In this document: positions 48,961-60,050 of the stretch, piece after piece
Layout of the letters: each line of letters starts with the position of its first letter
Numbering within the stretch: the stretch's first letter is position 1
NCBI GenBank assembly: GCA_038087875.1
Contig: CM075984.1
Span: 27,962,001 to 28,026,000, forward strand
Length of the DNA stretch: 64,000 nt
Direction of reading: 5' to 3'
From: Malacoraja senta
Taxonomy: Eukaryota
The notes under the pieces: generated by a model
What the model was told of the DNA's origin: nothing
What the model saw: the letters and a program-made list of their open reading frames with translations, nothing else
The model's database searches: none
Made by a program: the position numbers and the translations under genes

Positions 48961-49462
48961 TAACACATTGAGCCAGCTCATTCCCTCATTATCTTTACTG
49001 CCCACTGCAGAGAAGGTAAAGGAGAGGGAGCTCAGTCTTATCTCAGCAGCACCTGCACAGTGGAATGCTGGAGTAATTCCAGGCGACACCTCGGGATGTA
49101 TAATTACTTGTTCAAAGCAGTTTATTTTCATATAAAGTATGTGCTAAACACAAAGCCCCTTAACTGACAGGGTGGCGATGCATTGTGTTTGTTGCTGCTA
49201 TCACATATGATACAGTACACTGGAAAGTGTTTAAATTGAATATATTAGGATCGACTCACAATGGCAGTCAAACCTGAGGAAAAAAAGAGAAACTAAATTG
49301 TCCTGAGGAGGAAGATGAGCTGAGATGAAAGAAGAGAAGCAGGCCAAGAGAGTAGGCAGGGGAGAGTGAATGAGAGACCACCTAATGACAAGGTAGAATT
49401 AAATGCTGATCATTGTGATTCACATTTAATTTAATCTGCGAGTCTGCAGTAAAACAGCTTTG

Positions 49463-49572
49463 TGTGGGAAAGAACTGCAGATTCTGGTTTAAACCAAACA
49501 AAATGCTGGAGTAACTCAGCGGGACAGGCAGCATCTCTGGAGAGAAGGAATGGGTGACGTTTCGGGTCGAGA
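49463..49572 (-). mobile_element. Penelope-like pLTR fragment
   Basis: Reverse complement of ctcgacccgaaacgtcacccattccttctctccagagatgctgcc. Confidence 0.8.
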
Positions 49573-50342
49573 GCAGCTTTGTCCTGATTGCATGTTTTAC
49601 TTTCCTTTTGTTCAGAATTGATGTCAATTCACATAAAATACGGGCAGTAAGTGCATGCGAGAAAGTGGCTGAACGTTATGCAGAAAATAGACTCCACCTG
49701 CTTTAACCTTTCAAGCAATGTCCCTTGTGCTCCATGTTCCTTTAGTTCCCTGAAAGCTTCACAGAATAGAGAACCCGAGCATGGAAACATAGGACTGGTT
49801 CAAACCAGCGTGATGCTTAAAACACACTGCTGATCTACTGGGATCAATGCAGAAGTGGCATGTTTTCCATTCTAACTCATCAGCAGCTGTCATACTGTGA
49901 GGACATTCTAGAAAGTGTGTAACATTGAGAATTTGGTCAGCATGAGAATTAGGTGCAGATGATGATGGAAGTATTTCTTCTTGCTTCCCATACTTACACC
50001 TTCAGCCTGTAATTATTTAAAAGGCATTTTAGTGCTAAATGGAATTTATAAAGATTGAAAGTAGATGATGATATACAGACAAGGATATAGGAAGGCAGGC
50101 TGTAGTTTAGACTGCAGTATGTGAGAGTTTGTCTGTGAGACTGTCTTAAGCAAATACACCGAATGTACTGTAGATAGGTATTAGTATTGGTTTATTATTA
50201 ACATGTGTTATGAGATAAAATGAAAAGCTTTTGTTTGTGTGTTATTCAGTCAAATCATACTGTACATGAGATCAAACAAGCCATACACAAGTGCAACATA
50301 TAATGCAAAGAGAAAAATACCAGAGTGCAACATACTGTGTTA

Positions 50343-50592
50343 AGGGCCTGTCCCACTTTCACGACCTAATTCACGACCTTTTTTTACTCGTGGACATTTT
50401 TCATCAGGCTAGAAAAATGCCCCGACCTACTTGATGCCACGAGTACTTACGACTAGCATCACGACCTACCTACGACCTACCTACGACCTACCTACGACCT
50501 CCTACGACCTTGTGACGACCATGCTGCGAATACGAGTCAAGGGCAAACTCGGCAGAGGTCGTGAATTAGGTCATGAACGTGGGACAGGCCCA
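50343..50592. mobile_element. PIF/Harbinger-type MITE, 250 bp
   Basis: TIRs agggcctgtcccactttcacgacctaattcacgacc / ggtcgtgaattaggtcatgaacgtgggacaggccca; TTA TSD; internal (acctacg)n repeats. Confidence 0.9.
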
Positions 50593-50970
50593 TTACAGCA
50601 TTATAGTGTTACACATAGAGAAAACATCTAAGGTCCACAATGAAGTAGATTGGAAGATTGAGACTATGCCCCAGATCATGGGATGACCATTTGTTAATCC
50701 TGGCTGAAACCGAGCAGCCATAGTACCCAAATTTTAATAAGGACTCATGTATTGCTAGGCCATTTTGGTCAAGTCTGGTGTGTTCTGCAGAAATTGGACA
50801 AGCTTGTGAATGGTGCCAGTAAGTCTAGGGCCCAGATCAATGTTGCAGATTCAATTGACAGATGGATGGGATTTCTGCAGATGACATCGTAGCAAATGTA
50901 AAATGCATGAGGTTAATTGGATATATGCAAACTAAGTGTACATATTGTAAATAATGTTGCGAGACAGTTA

Positions 50971-51396
50971 AGGGCCTGTCTCACGAGCATGTGACTGCAT
51001 GCGGCAAGCGCGACCAAACCGGAAGCGGGGGCCACGCGGAGGTCGAGTGATTGACGTGAAGTTCGAGCGAAGTCCGCGGGAAGTTCGCGCGTGACGTACA
51101 GCATCAAGACGTTGCGTACGGCGTCGGGACGATGCGTACGGCGTCGAGGCGGTGCATGCGGCGTCGAGGCGGTGCGTGCGGCCTCCATGTGGCAGCGGGC
51201 CAGCAGGCCTTTGCCGCACGAAATTTTTGAACACTGTCAGTTTTTCGGAGCCCCGCGTGATGTCGGGACCAGCTCCGCACAACTCCATGCGGCTCCCGCG
51301 ATCGAAGTGGGACCGGCCCCGCGAGGCCGCACGGCTAGCGCGACCACGTTAGGTCGCGCTTGCTGCATGCAGTCGCATGCTCGTGGGACAGGCCAT
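50971..51396. mobile_element. PIF/Harbinger-type MITE, 426 bp, CpG-rich
   Basis: ~45-bp TIRs agggcctgtctcacgagcatgtgactgcatgcggcaagcgcgacc / ggtcgcgcttgctgcatgcagtcgcatgctcgtgggacaggccat; TTA TSD. Confidence 0.9.
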
Positions 51397-51541
51397 TTAC
51401 CCTGTTAATTGTTGATTTGTTGAAATGTTAAGCCCTGACTGGTTTGTTTGAATCCCAGGGTAAATGTTGCATTATTCAAGTTCTGTTAGCTTCTTCAGGA
51501 AGCTTCTCCTGCAACAATGTAAGGAGATTCTGTTATTGGTC

Positions 51542-51905
51542 TGTGTAACTGTCAATAATGTATTGTTATAATTTGTTATGTTTGATTGGATTGTAAATAT
51601 ACCACCCCTCTGTAGTTCGGCCCCTCAAGGTTTGGGGATCTATAAAAGACAGCCCCCACGAGGTCCTTTGTTGATCTTCTGGAAGAGCGCTTGGGACTGC
51701 GTGGCCTTTTGGAGTGTCTCTGCTTGCACGAGGCTGAAGGGCTTGGCCACGCAGATACAAGGAATGAGCCTGCAGTGGTTTAGGTATCGTATTGGGTAAT
51801 TTGTTGTGCTATCCAAAAATAAAGATTAGTTGTTCCAGTGCTTGAATCAGTGGTTTATTGACTGAACTAGACTGGGGGGAAGCTTAGAATGAGCTTATTT
51901 ACACA
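51542..51905 (+). mobile_element. Possible solo LTR
   Basis: TGTGTAA...TTACACA inverted termini, TATAAAA at ~51641 and AATAAA at ~51818; no TSD found and the left end is uncertain. Confidence 0.45.
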
Positions 51906-52479
51906 TCCAGTATCGGAGGTTGAGGGGAGACATGATAGAAGTTCATAAAATAATGAGAGGTATAGATAAGATAGAAAGTCAGAACCTTTTTCCCAAGGTG
52001 GAAATGTCAAAGACTAGAGGGCATAGGTTTCAGGTGAGAGAGAGGCAAAATGTAACTAAGTTTCAAGGCTGACTCTCATATAATGAGACTGGCTGCAATG
52101 AACCATGTAAATCAATTCAAGTCAAGTCCAGTTGAGTTGATTGTCACTTGCACAAGTACAATGAAGAACAGGTTCAGGGAAAACTTTGCTTGCAGCAGCA
52201 TCACAGGCACATAGGCTCACATTATACACAAACACATAAATTACACATAAAGTATAAATTACACGTTGCTGAGGCTGGATTGGGGTTGTGCATGTCGGTT
52301 AAAATACCTGCAGGTCATTAAAAAAAAATCTAAATAAAAAAAACCCACTTCGCCTGTTTCCACACATCACTTGCCAGAATTTGACCTGCCCCCATCCCTC
52401 TTCCTGCTTTCTTCCCATCCCCCCTCTCCACCACTGGAATTTTGTATTTAACCTTTACCCTGAATCTGGCTTCATGAGG

Positions 52480-52968
52480 GGTCCTTTAAAAGAGGGGGGT
52501 AGAGGGGAGGGAGAGGGGGGAGAAGGAATGGAGACAACTTTTAAAAAGTCAGAGATACACAGCTTTGAAGCTCGGCAGACATTAAGCTCGGGTATCCTTG
52601 GTTCTGAAAACTACTGCTTACGTTTTTTTTCCCCAATGAGCCAATGAAGTTCATCGGTCAGCACCGGCTACAACCTACGAGAACCTTTGAGAACGTTCGA
52701 CCTCCTGGCAACCCACTAGGTCCTCCTGGCGACCCACCTACGGCACGAGAATTCTCGCTATTCTCCATGGCGGCTTCATTCTAGTCGCCGCTAATTTTTC
52801 AACATGTTGAAAAATTCGTGGCGACCATAATGAGGCCGCGACTAGTTCCCAGAATGCGGGAACTCCTCACGACCATCAAGGCAAGTCCCCGGCAACCACC
52901 CGCGAACATGTGGCGACTGCATAGTCTCCTGCAGTCGCCTAAAAAGTCGCCTAAGTGGGACAGGCCCA
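52480..52968. mobile_element. Harbinger-type element, one-ended fragment
   Basis: Ends aaaaagtcgcctaagtgggacaggccca + TAA; internal sequence related to 13576-14062; left limit approximate. Confidence 0.7.
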
Positions 52969-53745
52969 TAAGTGTTTCGAAGATTTGCAGCACCCAGAGC
53001 ATTTTTATATCCCCACGATACAATGGTTACATGTGGATTTTACACCTTTGAAACAACGTTTCACCATTGATCAACGTTTCTTGTCATTGGAAAACAATTC
53101 CTCCATTTACCTAACAAATGGGTACAATAAATAAGATTCCCTCTATTTTCTGTTCCATGTGGAATTTATACCTGATAAATCTATTCATCACCTTTCCTAA
53201 TATCCTCTTCCCTATGTTGCCATTTTTCCCATCGTACTTTGGGCAGTTCTTGGGCTAAACTACTCATCTTTCTTATAATTTTCAGAATTTCCTACATCAA
53301 CCCCTCTCATAATTTTATATACTATCATGTCAGTCTGCATATCCTTCATTCCATGGAAAATGTCCCGCTCATATATTCTCTCCCCATTACTGAAGTCCTC
53401 CAGCCCAGGCAAGATCCTGGTAAATCTTTCCTACACTCTCACCAGTGCTATCACATTATTTTTATATCATGATTAAAAATCACCCTTGATTAATGCATTA
53501 ATTTTACTTCGGAGTCACGTGAGTGACTACGTGAAGAGCCCGCCAGGGCGCATGCGCGGCATATCGTCTAGCGCATTGAGAGCGACAGGCAGGAGGCAGG
53601 GGGGAGGAGGGGGGGGAGGAGGGGGGGGAGGAGGACCGAGGAAGTACCGGGAGCCAGCAGCGGCCGACTGCAGCCTCGCAATCTTTGCAATCAGCGGTCT
53701 CTGTCCCGGCACCTGTGCAGCCTGGGTCGCCACAGGCTGACAGGA

Positions 53746-54533
53746 ATGCCAAAAGAGGGACACGCTCATGTGTCGGGCCATGAGCAAACTCCGCCGGCAG
53801 ACAGCGACAGTAGTCGCATTTCACGTCTGGAGCGGCTAGTGGAGCAATTGCTTCACCGTGACAAACTCCGTGAGCAGGAGTCAAATCACTACGGGCTTCC
53901 GAGGAAGCCCATGGCAGTACCTTTTTCAGGGCTGCACAATGTATCTCCCTCGACAGAAGGGAGCATTGGGAGTCATTTCTGGGCTGACTCCGAACAAGGG
54001 TTGGCTGAAGAGACTTCAAGTGTGCTGGGGGTGCCAGAAGAGAAGATGCTGGGTATGGTGAAAAAGTTTGCGGTGCCTCCACAGTCAGGGCAGCCGCTGA
54101 AACAACTACTAGCAGCCAGCATTGACTACCTTTCAACCCATCAATTGCAGGAACAGGCAGTTAATGAAACCACTGCAAAATACCTGGCACCAGGGAACTG
54201 CACTTCACTGAATGTCCTAGCAGTGAATCCCTCCATCTGGGGACATATTGGTGCAGGTATAAGGGACAGGAGGTACAAATGCAGAGAATCCTCAAACTTT
54301 TAACAACTGGGATTACAGCATTTGCCCGGTCGGTGGATGACACGAAAATGACAGAGGCTCAGCAAGATACGCTGGTAAAGACCTGGATGAAGAGGCGAAA
54401 GCCGCCGGGCTCATCAAGGCATCGGGGAAAATACCTCGGCGACAGCACCCCTACGCATTCACCAGCAGGCCACGTCACATCGAAGCTGGTGATAGCTCGA
54501 AGGCCGCAGCTCAAGGACAAAGGTCTTTTTTAG
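53746..54533 (+). pseudogene. DIRS gag-like ORF1 (frameshifted)
   Basis: Position before RT; KYLAPGNCTSLNVLAVNPSIW continuing into QRILKLLTTGITAF in another frame. Confidence 0.7.
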
Positions 54534-54555
54534 ACCGCGGCCCAGAGCGACCTTC

Positions 54556-56450
54556 GTGGAAAATGCGCCAACCCCGAATTCCAGCACCTCAATCGGCCAA
54601 GAAACAGAAGAAGAGATGAACACCCCACTGGTGTTCATTGAGGTAGGTGGGTCTGGTTCCTCGCAGGACATAGCGGGTGCAATGGATACACTTGTTGGTG
54701 GTAGGTTACACTGGTTTAGTGAGGCATGGAGATCAATAACCTCTGATTCTTATATACTGCATAGTGCTCAAGGATATGAAATTGAATACGAAAACAAATG
54801 CCTTCGTCCGGTTCAGCATGCACCCATCAGGTCATTTATTCTATCACAACAAGAGAAGTTGGATGGTCATGCTGAAATTAAGAGGCTTTATACTAAAGGT
54901 GTAATTGAGAGATCTCAACATGAGTCTCAAGAATTTGTGTCAAACATTTTCACAAAAAAGAAAAAAGATGATGGATGTCGCATCATTATTGATTTGAGAC
55001 AATTGAACACATTTGTGCAGTATACTCACTTCAAAATGGAAAGCTTTGTCACGGCCAAACAATTGATTTCCGAAGGCTACTTCATGGCATGCATCGATTT
55101 AAAAGATGCATACTATTCGGTGCCTATACACAAGGATCACCGCCGATATCTGAAGTTTAACTGGATGGGGCAGCTTTGGCAGTACAAAGCACTACCTAAT
55201 GGATTGACCTCAGCCCCCAGATTATTCACTAAATTACTAAAACCAGCTCTGGCAGTTCTTCGGAAACAAAAACATATAGTCATGGCACCATCCACGACTA
55301 TGGACTATTTGGGATTCACCATTAATTCAGTTCACATGACTGTGACTTTACCCAGGGGAAAGGCAACTGAATTAATGGAAGTTTGCAGCAACCTTGCTGT
55401 CATCAGTCAACCATCTATCAGACAAGTAGCAAGGGTAATTGGCAAAATCGTAGCTGCTTTTCCAGCGACACACTTTGGACCTTTGCACTATCAAAATTTA
55501 CAGAGAGCAAAGGTGCGAGCACTTAAACATCATGCTGGTCATTTCGATAGACCAATGCAATTACCAACAAAAGCTATTTTGGAACTGCGATGGTGGACAC
55601 ATAACATTCGGCGTTCCTACAGCTCCATTATTATTAGCAACCCGTCAGTTGTATTACAGACTGATGCCAGCGCTCAAGGTTGGGGTGCCACCATCACCAT
55701 CTCCAGTTGTGGGGGCAGATGGGATGCGCATGAATCATCTTTGCTTTATACACTTGGTATTAATTATTTGGAAATGTTGGGAGCATTCTATGGTCTGAAG
55801 GCGTACTGTTCAAAAAATGCATCATTTGCATGTTCGCCTGCAAATAGATAATACCACTGTGGTGGCTTATATTAATCACATGGGTGGAATCAGATCGATA
55901 TCATGTGATGATCTGGCCAATTCAATTTGGCAATGGTGTATCAAGAGAAACATTTGGATATCTGCTACTTACCTACCAGGTAAACTTAATTCAATGGCAG
56001 ACACCAGGTCACGGAAATTTAATGACAACACTGAATGGATGTTGGACCCCAAAGTGTTTGCAGACATCATAGCAAGATATGGAACACCAGATATCGATCT
56101 ATTTGCATCTAGGCTTAACCACCAGTTGCCGACATATGTTGCGTGGGAACCAGACCCTGGGGCAGCAATAATGGACCCATTTTCGCTGCACTGGGGAAAT
56201 TAGTTTTTCTATGCATTTCCCCCCTTCTGTCTCATTAGTCTGGTCTTATGCAAAATACAACAAGACTCTGCGTCAGGTATTTTGGTAGTACCCGACTGGC
56301 CTACCCAGCCATGGTTCCCTGTGGTTCTCGACATGGTTTCAGAACCATGTAAGGCCGTCACTAAAAGACCAGACATGATGGTCCATCCTGTAACTGGCGA
56401 AAGTCACCCATGCCATGACAGGACTAATCTGTTAATTTGCAGAATTTGAA
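54556..56450 (+). pseudogene. DIRS RT - RNase H - DNA adenine methyltransferase-like ORF (frameshifts; YLDD deleted)
   Basis: CRIIIDLRQLN, IDLKDAYYSVPI, LPNGLTSAPRLFTK; TDASAQGWG, INYLE, IDNTTVVAYINHMGG; DIDLFASRLNHQL, YAFPPF, VPDWPTQPWF. Confidence 0.9.
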
Positions 56451-57785
56451 CAGGCCACTTCTGGATCTTGGACTGACGGACCGAACCATCAACATGATCG
56501 CGGCGGCACAAAGAGAGTCTACCAGAAACCAGTACCTGACTTACATCAAATCAAATCAAATCAAAAACTTTATTTGCCATTTGTGCTTACACACATGGGA
56601 ACTCTTGTGCGGTTGTTCAGAGAGTCAAGTCAAGTCAAGTCAAGTTAAAAAGACACACAGAAAGACACATAATCTATAAAACATATACTTCTCTAGAAAT
56701 AAAAAGAAAGTGCCTAAAACCCTATATGTTATAAGGTGGATCAGGACATCAGTTCAGTTTGTTTTGGCCAAGAGTCTCACTGTGGCAGGGAAGAAGCTCT
56801 TGAAAAAGCGTGTTCTGTTTGTGGCGATGCTGTCCGCTCGTCTGTGCCTGAGGTTGTATGTGCAGTTTTTGTGTTTGAGCAGGGAGTGAGCTGGATGTAG
56901 TGTGTCTCATTACATCAGGAAATGGGAACGATATTGTTCCAGGACTAATGTTGAGTATAACTCAGCCACTGTAACTAATGTCCTGGAGTTCCTCGCTAAC
57001 CTTCATTTCGATGAAGGGCTTAGCTACAGTGCCATCAACAGCGCCAGGAGTGCCCTATCGACCTATTTGTGGCGGGGATTCAACCACCATTCACTGGGGT
57101 CTCACCCCTTGGTTTCCAAACTAATGAGGGGTATATTTAACTCGAATCCCCCTAGGGCCAGATACTCATTTGGGATGTGAGTATTGTGTTGACGTTGCTT
57201 CGGGGTTGGTCACCGTCCCTGTCCCTGTCCCTGGAGAAACTTACCCTTAAATTGGTAATGCTGATGGCACTGGTCTCGGCCCAGCGGGTGCAATGGCTAC
57301 ACAAATTACGACTGGACTCGATGGCCAAAGGGACAAATGGTATAACATTTTATATTCATGAACTGGTAAAACAAAACAGACCAGCGTCAAAAGGCCTTAA
57401 ACTAGAGTTTCGGGCATACCCTACAGACGTTCGCTTATGCGTTATGACACATCTGTTACTTTACATAGAACTAACAGCTAAAGTAAGAAGCCAAGAATTG
57501 GCACTATTAGTGAGCCACAAAAGACCTCACAACAGGGTATCGACCCAAACTATATCTAGATGGCTTCGACAGGTTTTGGGGGCTGCAGTGGTGGATACTG
57601 ATATTTTTAAATCTCATTCCACCAGGGCTGCAGCCACATCGGCAGCACGGCACATGGAGGTTCCAATGGATCACATCTTGGGTACGGCAGGATGGTCCAG
57701 GGAGAAGACCTTCCTAGAATTTCATAATAAGCCAGTTGCTAAGCCTGTGACTTTTGCAGATACTATTTTGAGTTCTGTTTTATAA
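56437..57785 (+). pseudogene. DIRS tyrosine recombinase ORF, split by a LINE fragment
   Basis: SAM-like N-terminus (VLEFLANL..GLSYSAINSARSALS..GSHPLVSKLMRGIFN), SAQRVQ, HSTRAAATS, AGWS; FLEFHNKP has His where the catalytic Tyr is expected. Confidence 0.9.
56549..56909 (-). mobile_element. 5'-truncated LINE 3' end (Rex1-like) inserted into the DIRS YR gene
   Basis: TSD TTACATCA at 56541-48 and 56910-17; HPAHSLL...TRFFKSFFPATVRLL*; (tttga)n tail. Confidence 0.85.
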
Positions 57786-58379
57786 TACGCCCCAAAGGAT
57801 AGGGGTCATTATTATAATTTGTGTTAATAAATCACATATTGTTTCTTTTTAACAATTGATTCATGTCTGGATTTGTTAACATACTTCCTCCTCAGTCTAC
57901 GACAGCAGGGTGTGAAGCATGGACTCGTTCCGTGGCATGAAATCACAGAGCTTTAAAATCTTCACGTAGTCACTCACGTGACTCCGAAGTAAAATAGTAA
58001 GATTAAACGAGAACTTACCAGTTTGAAGTTTGATCTTTATTTTATGAGGAGTTACGTTGCGGGATTACGTGCCCTCCACACCCACCCTCTATTATAAAGG
58101 CCAGCTGGTATTATTGTTCTTATCTTACTATGTTATTTCGACTACCATATCTGTGATTTCACACCACTGCTTTGAAGATATGTCGCGCATGCGCCCAGGC
58201 GGGCTCTTCACGTAATCCCTCAACGTAACTCCTCATAAAATAAAGATCAAACTTCAAACTGGTAAGTTCTCATTTAATCTTACTATTTCATTTCAAGACC
58301 CCTTTTTCCCTGATTTACCTTCAGATTTGTGCTCTAGGAGAATTTGTACTTTTTGCCCATATGTTTTCTTGACAGTTTT

Positions 58380-58580
58380 CCAGTGAGAAGGGAGAGATTT
58401 AAAGGAGTTCTGAGGAGTAAGGTTTTCACACTTAGGGTGGTGAATATCTGGAACAAGTTGCTGGAGGAGGTGGTGGAAACAGATAATATCACAATGTTAA
58501 AAGGCATTTGGGCAAATACTTGGATGGGAAAAACATAAAGGTACACAGACCTACTGCAGGTAAAAGCAATTAGCAAGATA
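58380..58580 (+). mobile_element. CR1 LINE 3' fragment
   Basis: VRRERFKGVLRSKVFTLRVVNIWNKLLEEVVE. Confidence 0.8.
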
Positions 58581-58890
58581 GGCTTCAGGGTGTTATCCTT
58601 TATTCACAGACTGACCTCACCTCCTCCATTATGTTTAGCCATATGCTTGATATAATCGATGCTTGAAATAATCTACAAAATAAAAGCTAGTCATGCTTTG
58701 ACTAAATCAGCCTTCCCTTACTTCTTACAAAGTAAAAAAACGGGTACATTATCCAAACAACTTTGATATTGAATTCCCTTGGTCCATCATGAGTTTTGTC
58801 ACCACTTGGTGTCATTAATGGGACTATTAAACAAGATCTTTAATTCCAGAGTCTTTGGTGATTAAGTGGGGACAAACCTTTCACCTCTGT

Positions 58891-59240
58891 GTGGCACAGT
58901 GACGCAGCGGTAGAGTTGCTGCCTTATAGTGCCAGAGACCCGGGTTCGATCCTGACTGCGGGTGCTGCCTGTATGAAGTTTGTACATTCTCCCTGTGACC
59001 ACGTGGGTTTTCTCGGGTGCTCCAGTTTCTTCCCACACTCCAAAGGTGTACAGATTTGGTCACTGCAGTTGCAGGGCAGGGGGAGTATTATAATTTAGGT
59101 TAATTGGCTCCTGTAAAATTGTAGATTGTCCCTAGTGTGTAGGATAGTGCTAGTGCATGAGGTGATCACTGGTCGGTGCAGACTCAGTGAGCCGAAGGGC
59201 CTGTTTCCATGCTGTTATCTCTAACATCTAAAAGACTAAA
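58891..59240 (+). mobile_element. HE1/V-SINE-like SINE, full length, with an internal ~37-bp insert
   Basis: A/B boxes, core and tail; extra sequence at ~59059-59095 absent from other copies. Confidence 0.9.
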
Positions 59241-59499
59241 GCCCACAGTACAATCCATTTCTCTCCATTTCCACAGAGTGTAAAGTGTGTGCATTGTCTT
59301 TGGAGGGGTGAGCCAGGGGTCACACTTCTGCAGTGCTGGTAAAGTGAACTTCCCATTGAAACAAGGAAAAAACAACATTTATAGGTCGACTGATGCGTGA
59401 AGAAAGTCTTAGTGATTCCTTAGATTTTGTAATATGAACTGAAGCAGACAGCTCAGGATTTACAGTAATCCACCGAGGCACCATTCAACCTCCCAGATG

Positions 59500-60050
59500 C
59501 CCTGTGGTGCAGTTTGTAACACGGCTGCCTCACAGTTCTAGTGACCTAAGCTTGATCCTGACCTCTGATGCTACCTGTGTTTAAATATGTATGTTCTCCC
59601 TGTGACCACGTGGGTTTCCTGTGAGTGCACTGGTGTCCAACTGTACACTAAGGCCAGTCATATGGGTTAATTACCTCTGGCGTGTGGGTGAGTGATAAAT
59701 CTGGGGGTATGGGGGGAGGTTGACGTGAATGTGGGCAGAATAAAAAAATTGGATAAATGTTGGATTGGTTGGATCGGGTGACACGGTGACCCAGCAGTAC
59801 AGTTGCTGCTTTGCAGCGGCAGAGACCCAGGTTCGATCCTGACTACAGATGCTATCTGTATGGAGTTAGTACGTTCTCCCCCCGACCTTGTGGGTTTTCC
59901 CCTGGTGGTTCGGTTTTCTCCCACACTCCAAAAACATACAGGTTTGTAAGTTAATTTTCTTTGGTAAAATTCTAAATTGTCATTAGAATGGAGGATGGTG
60001 CTGGTGCATGGGTGACTGCGGGTCGCCAAAGGGTCTGCTTCTTTGCTGTA
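59500..60050 (+). mobile_element. Two adjacent or nested HE1-like SINE copies
   Basis: Heads at ~59503 and ~59778, each followed by the core. Confidence 0.75.

Larger units (their letters stand above)
53501..58288 (+). mobile_element. DIRS1-type tyrosine-recombinase retrotransposon, structurally complete, inactivated
   Basis: Left ITR, gag-like ORF, RT/RNase H/methyltransferase-like ORF, YR ORF, internal complementary region 57959-58071, right ITR 58177-58214 and right extension to 58288; ATTT at both junctions. Confidence 0.93.
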
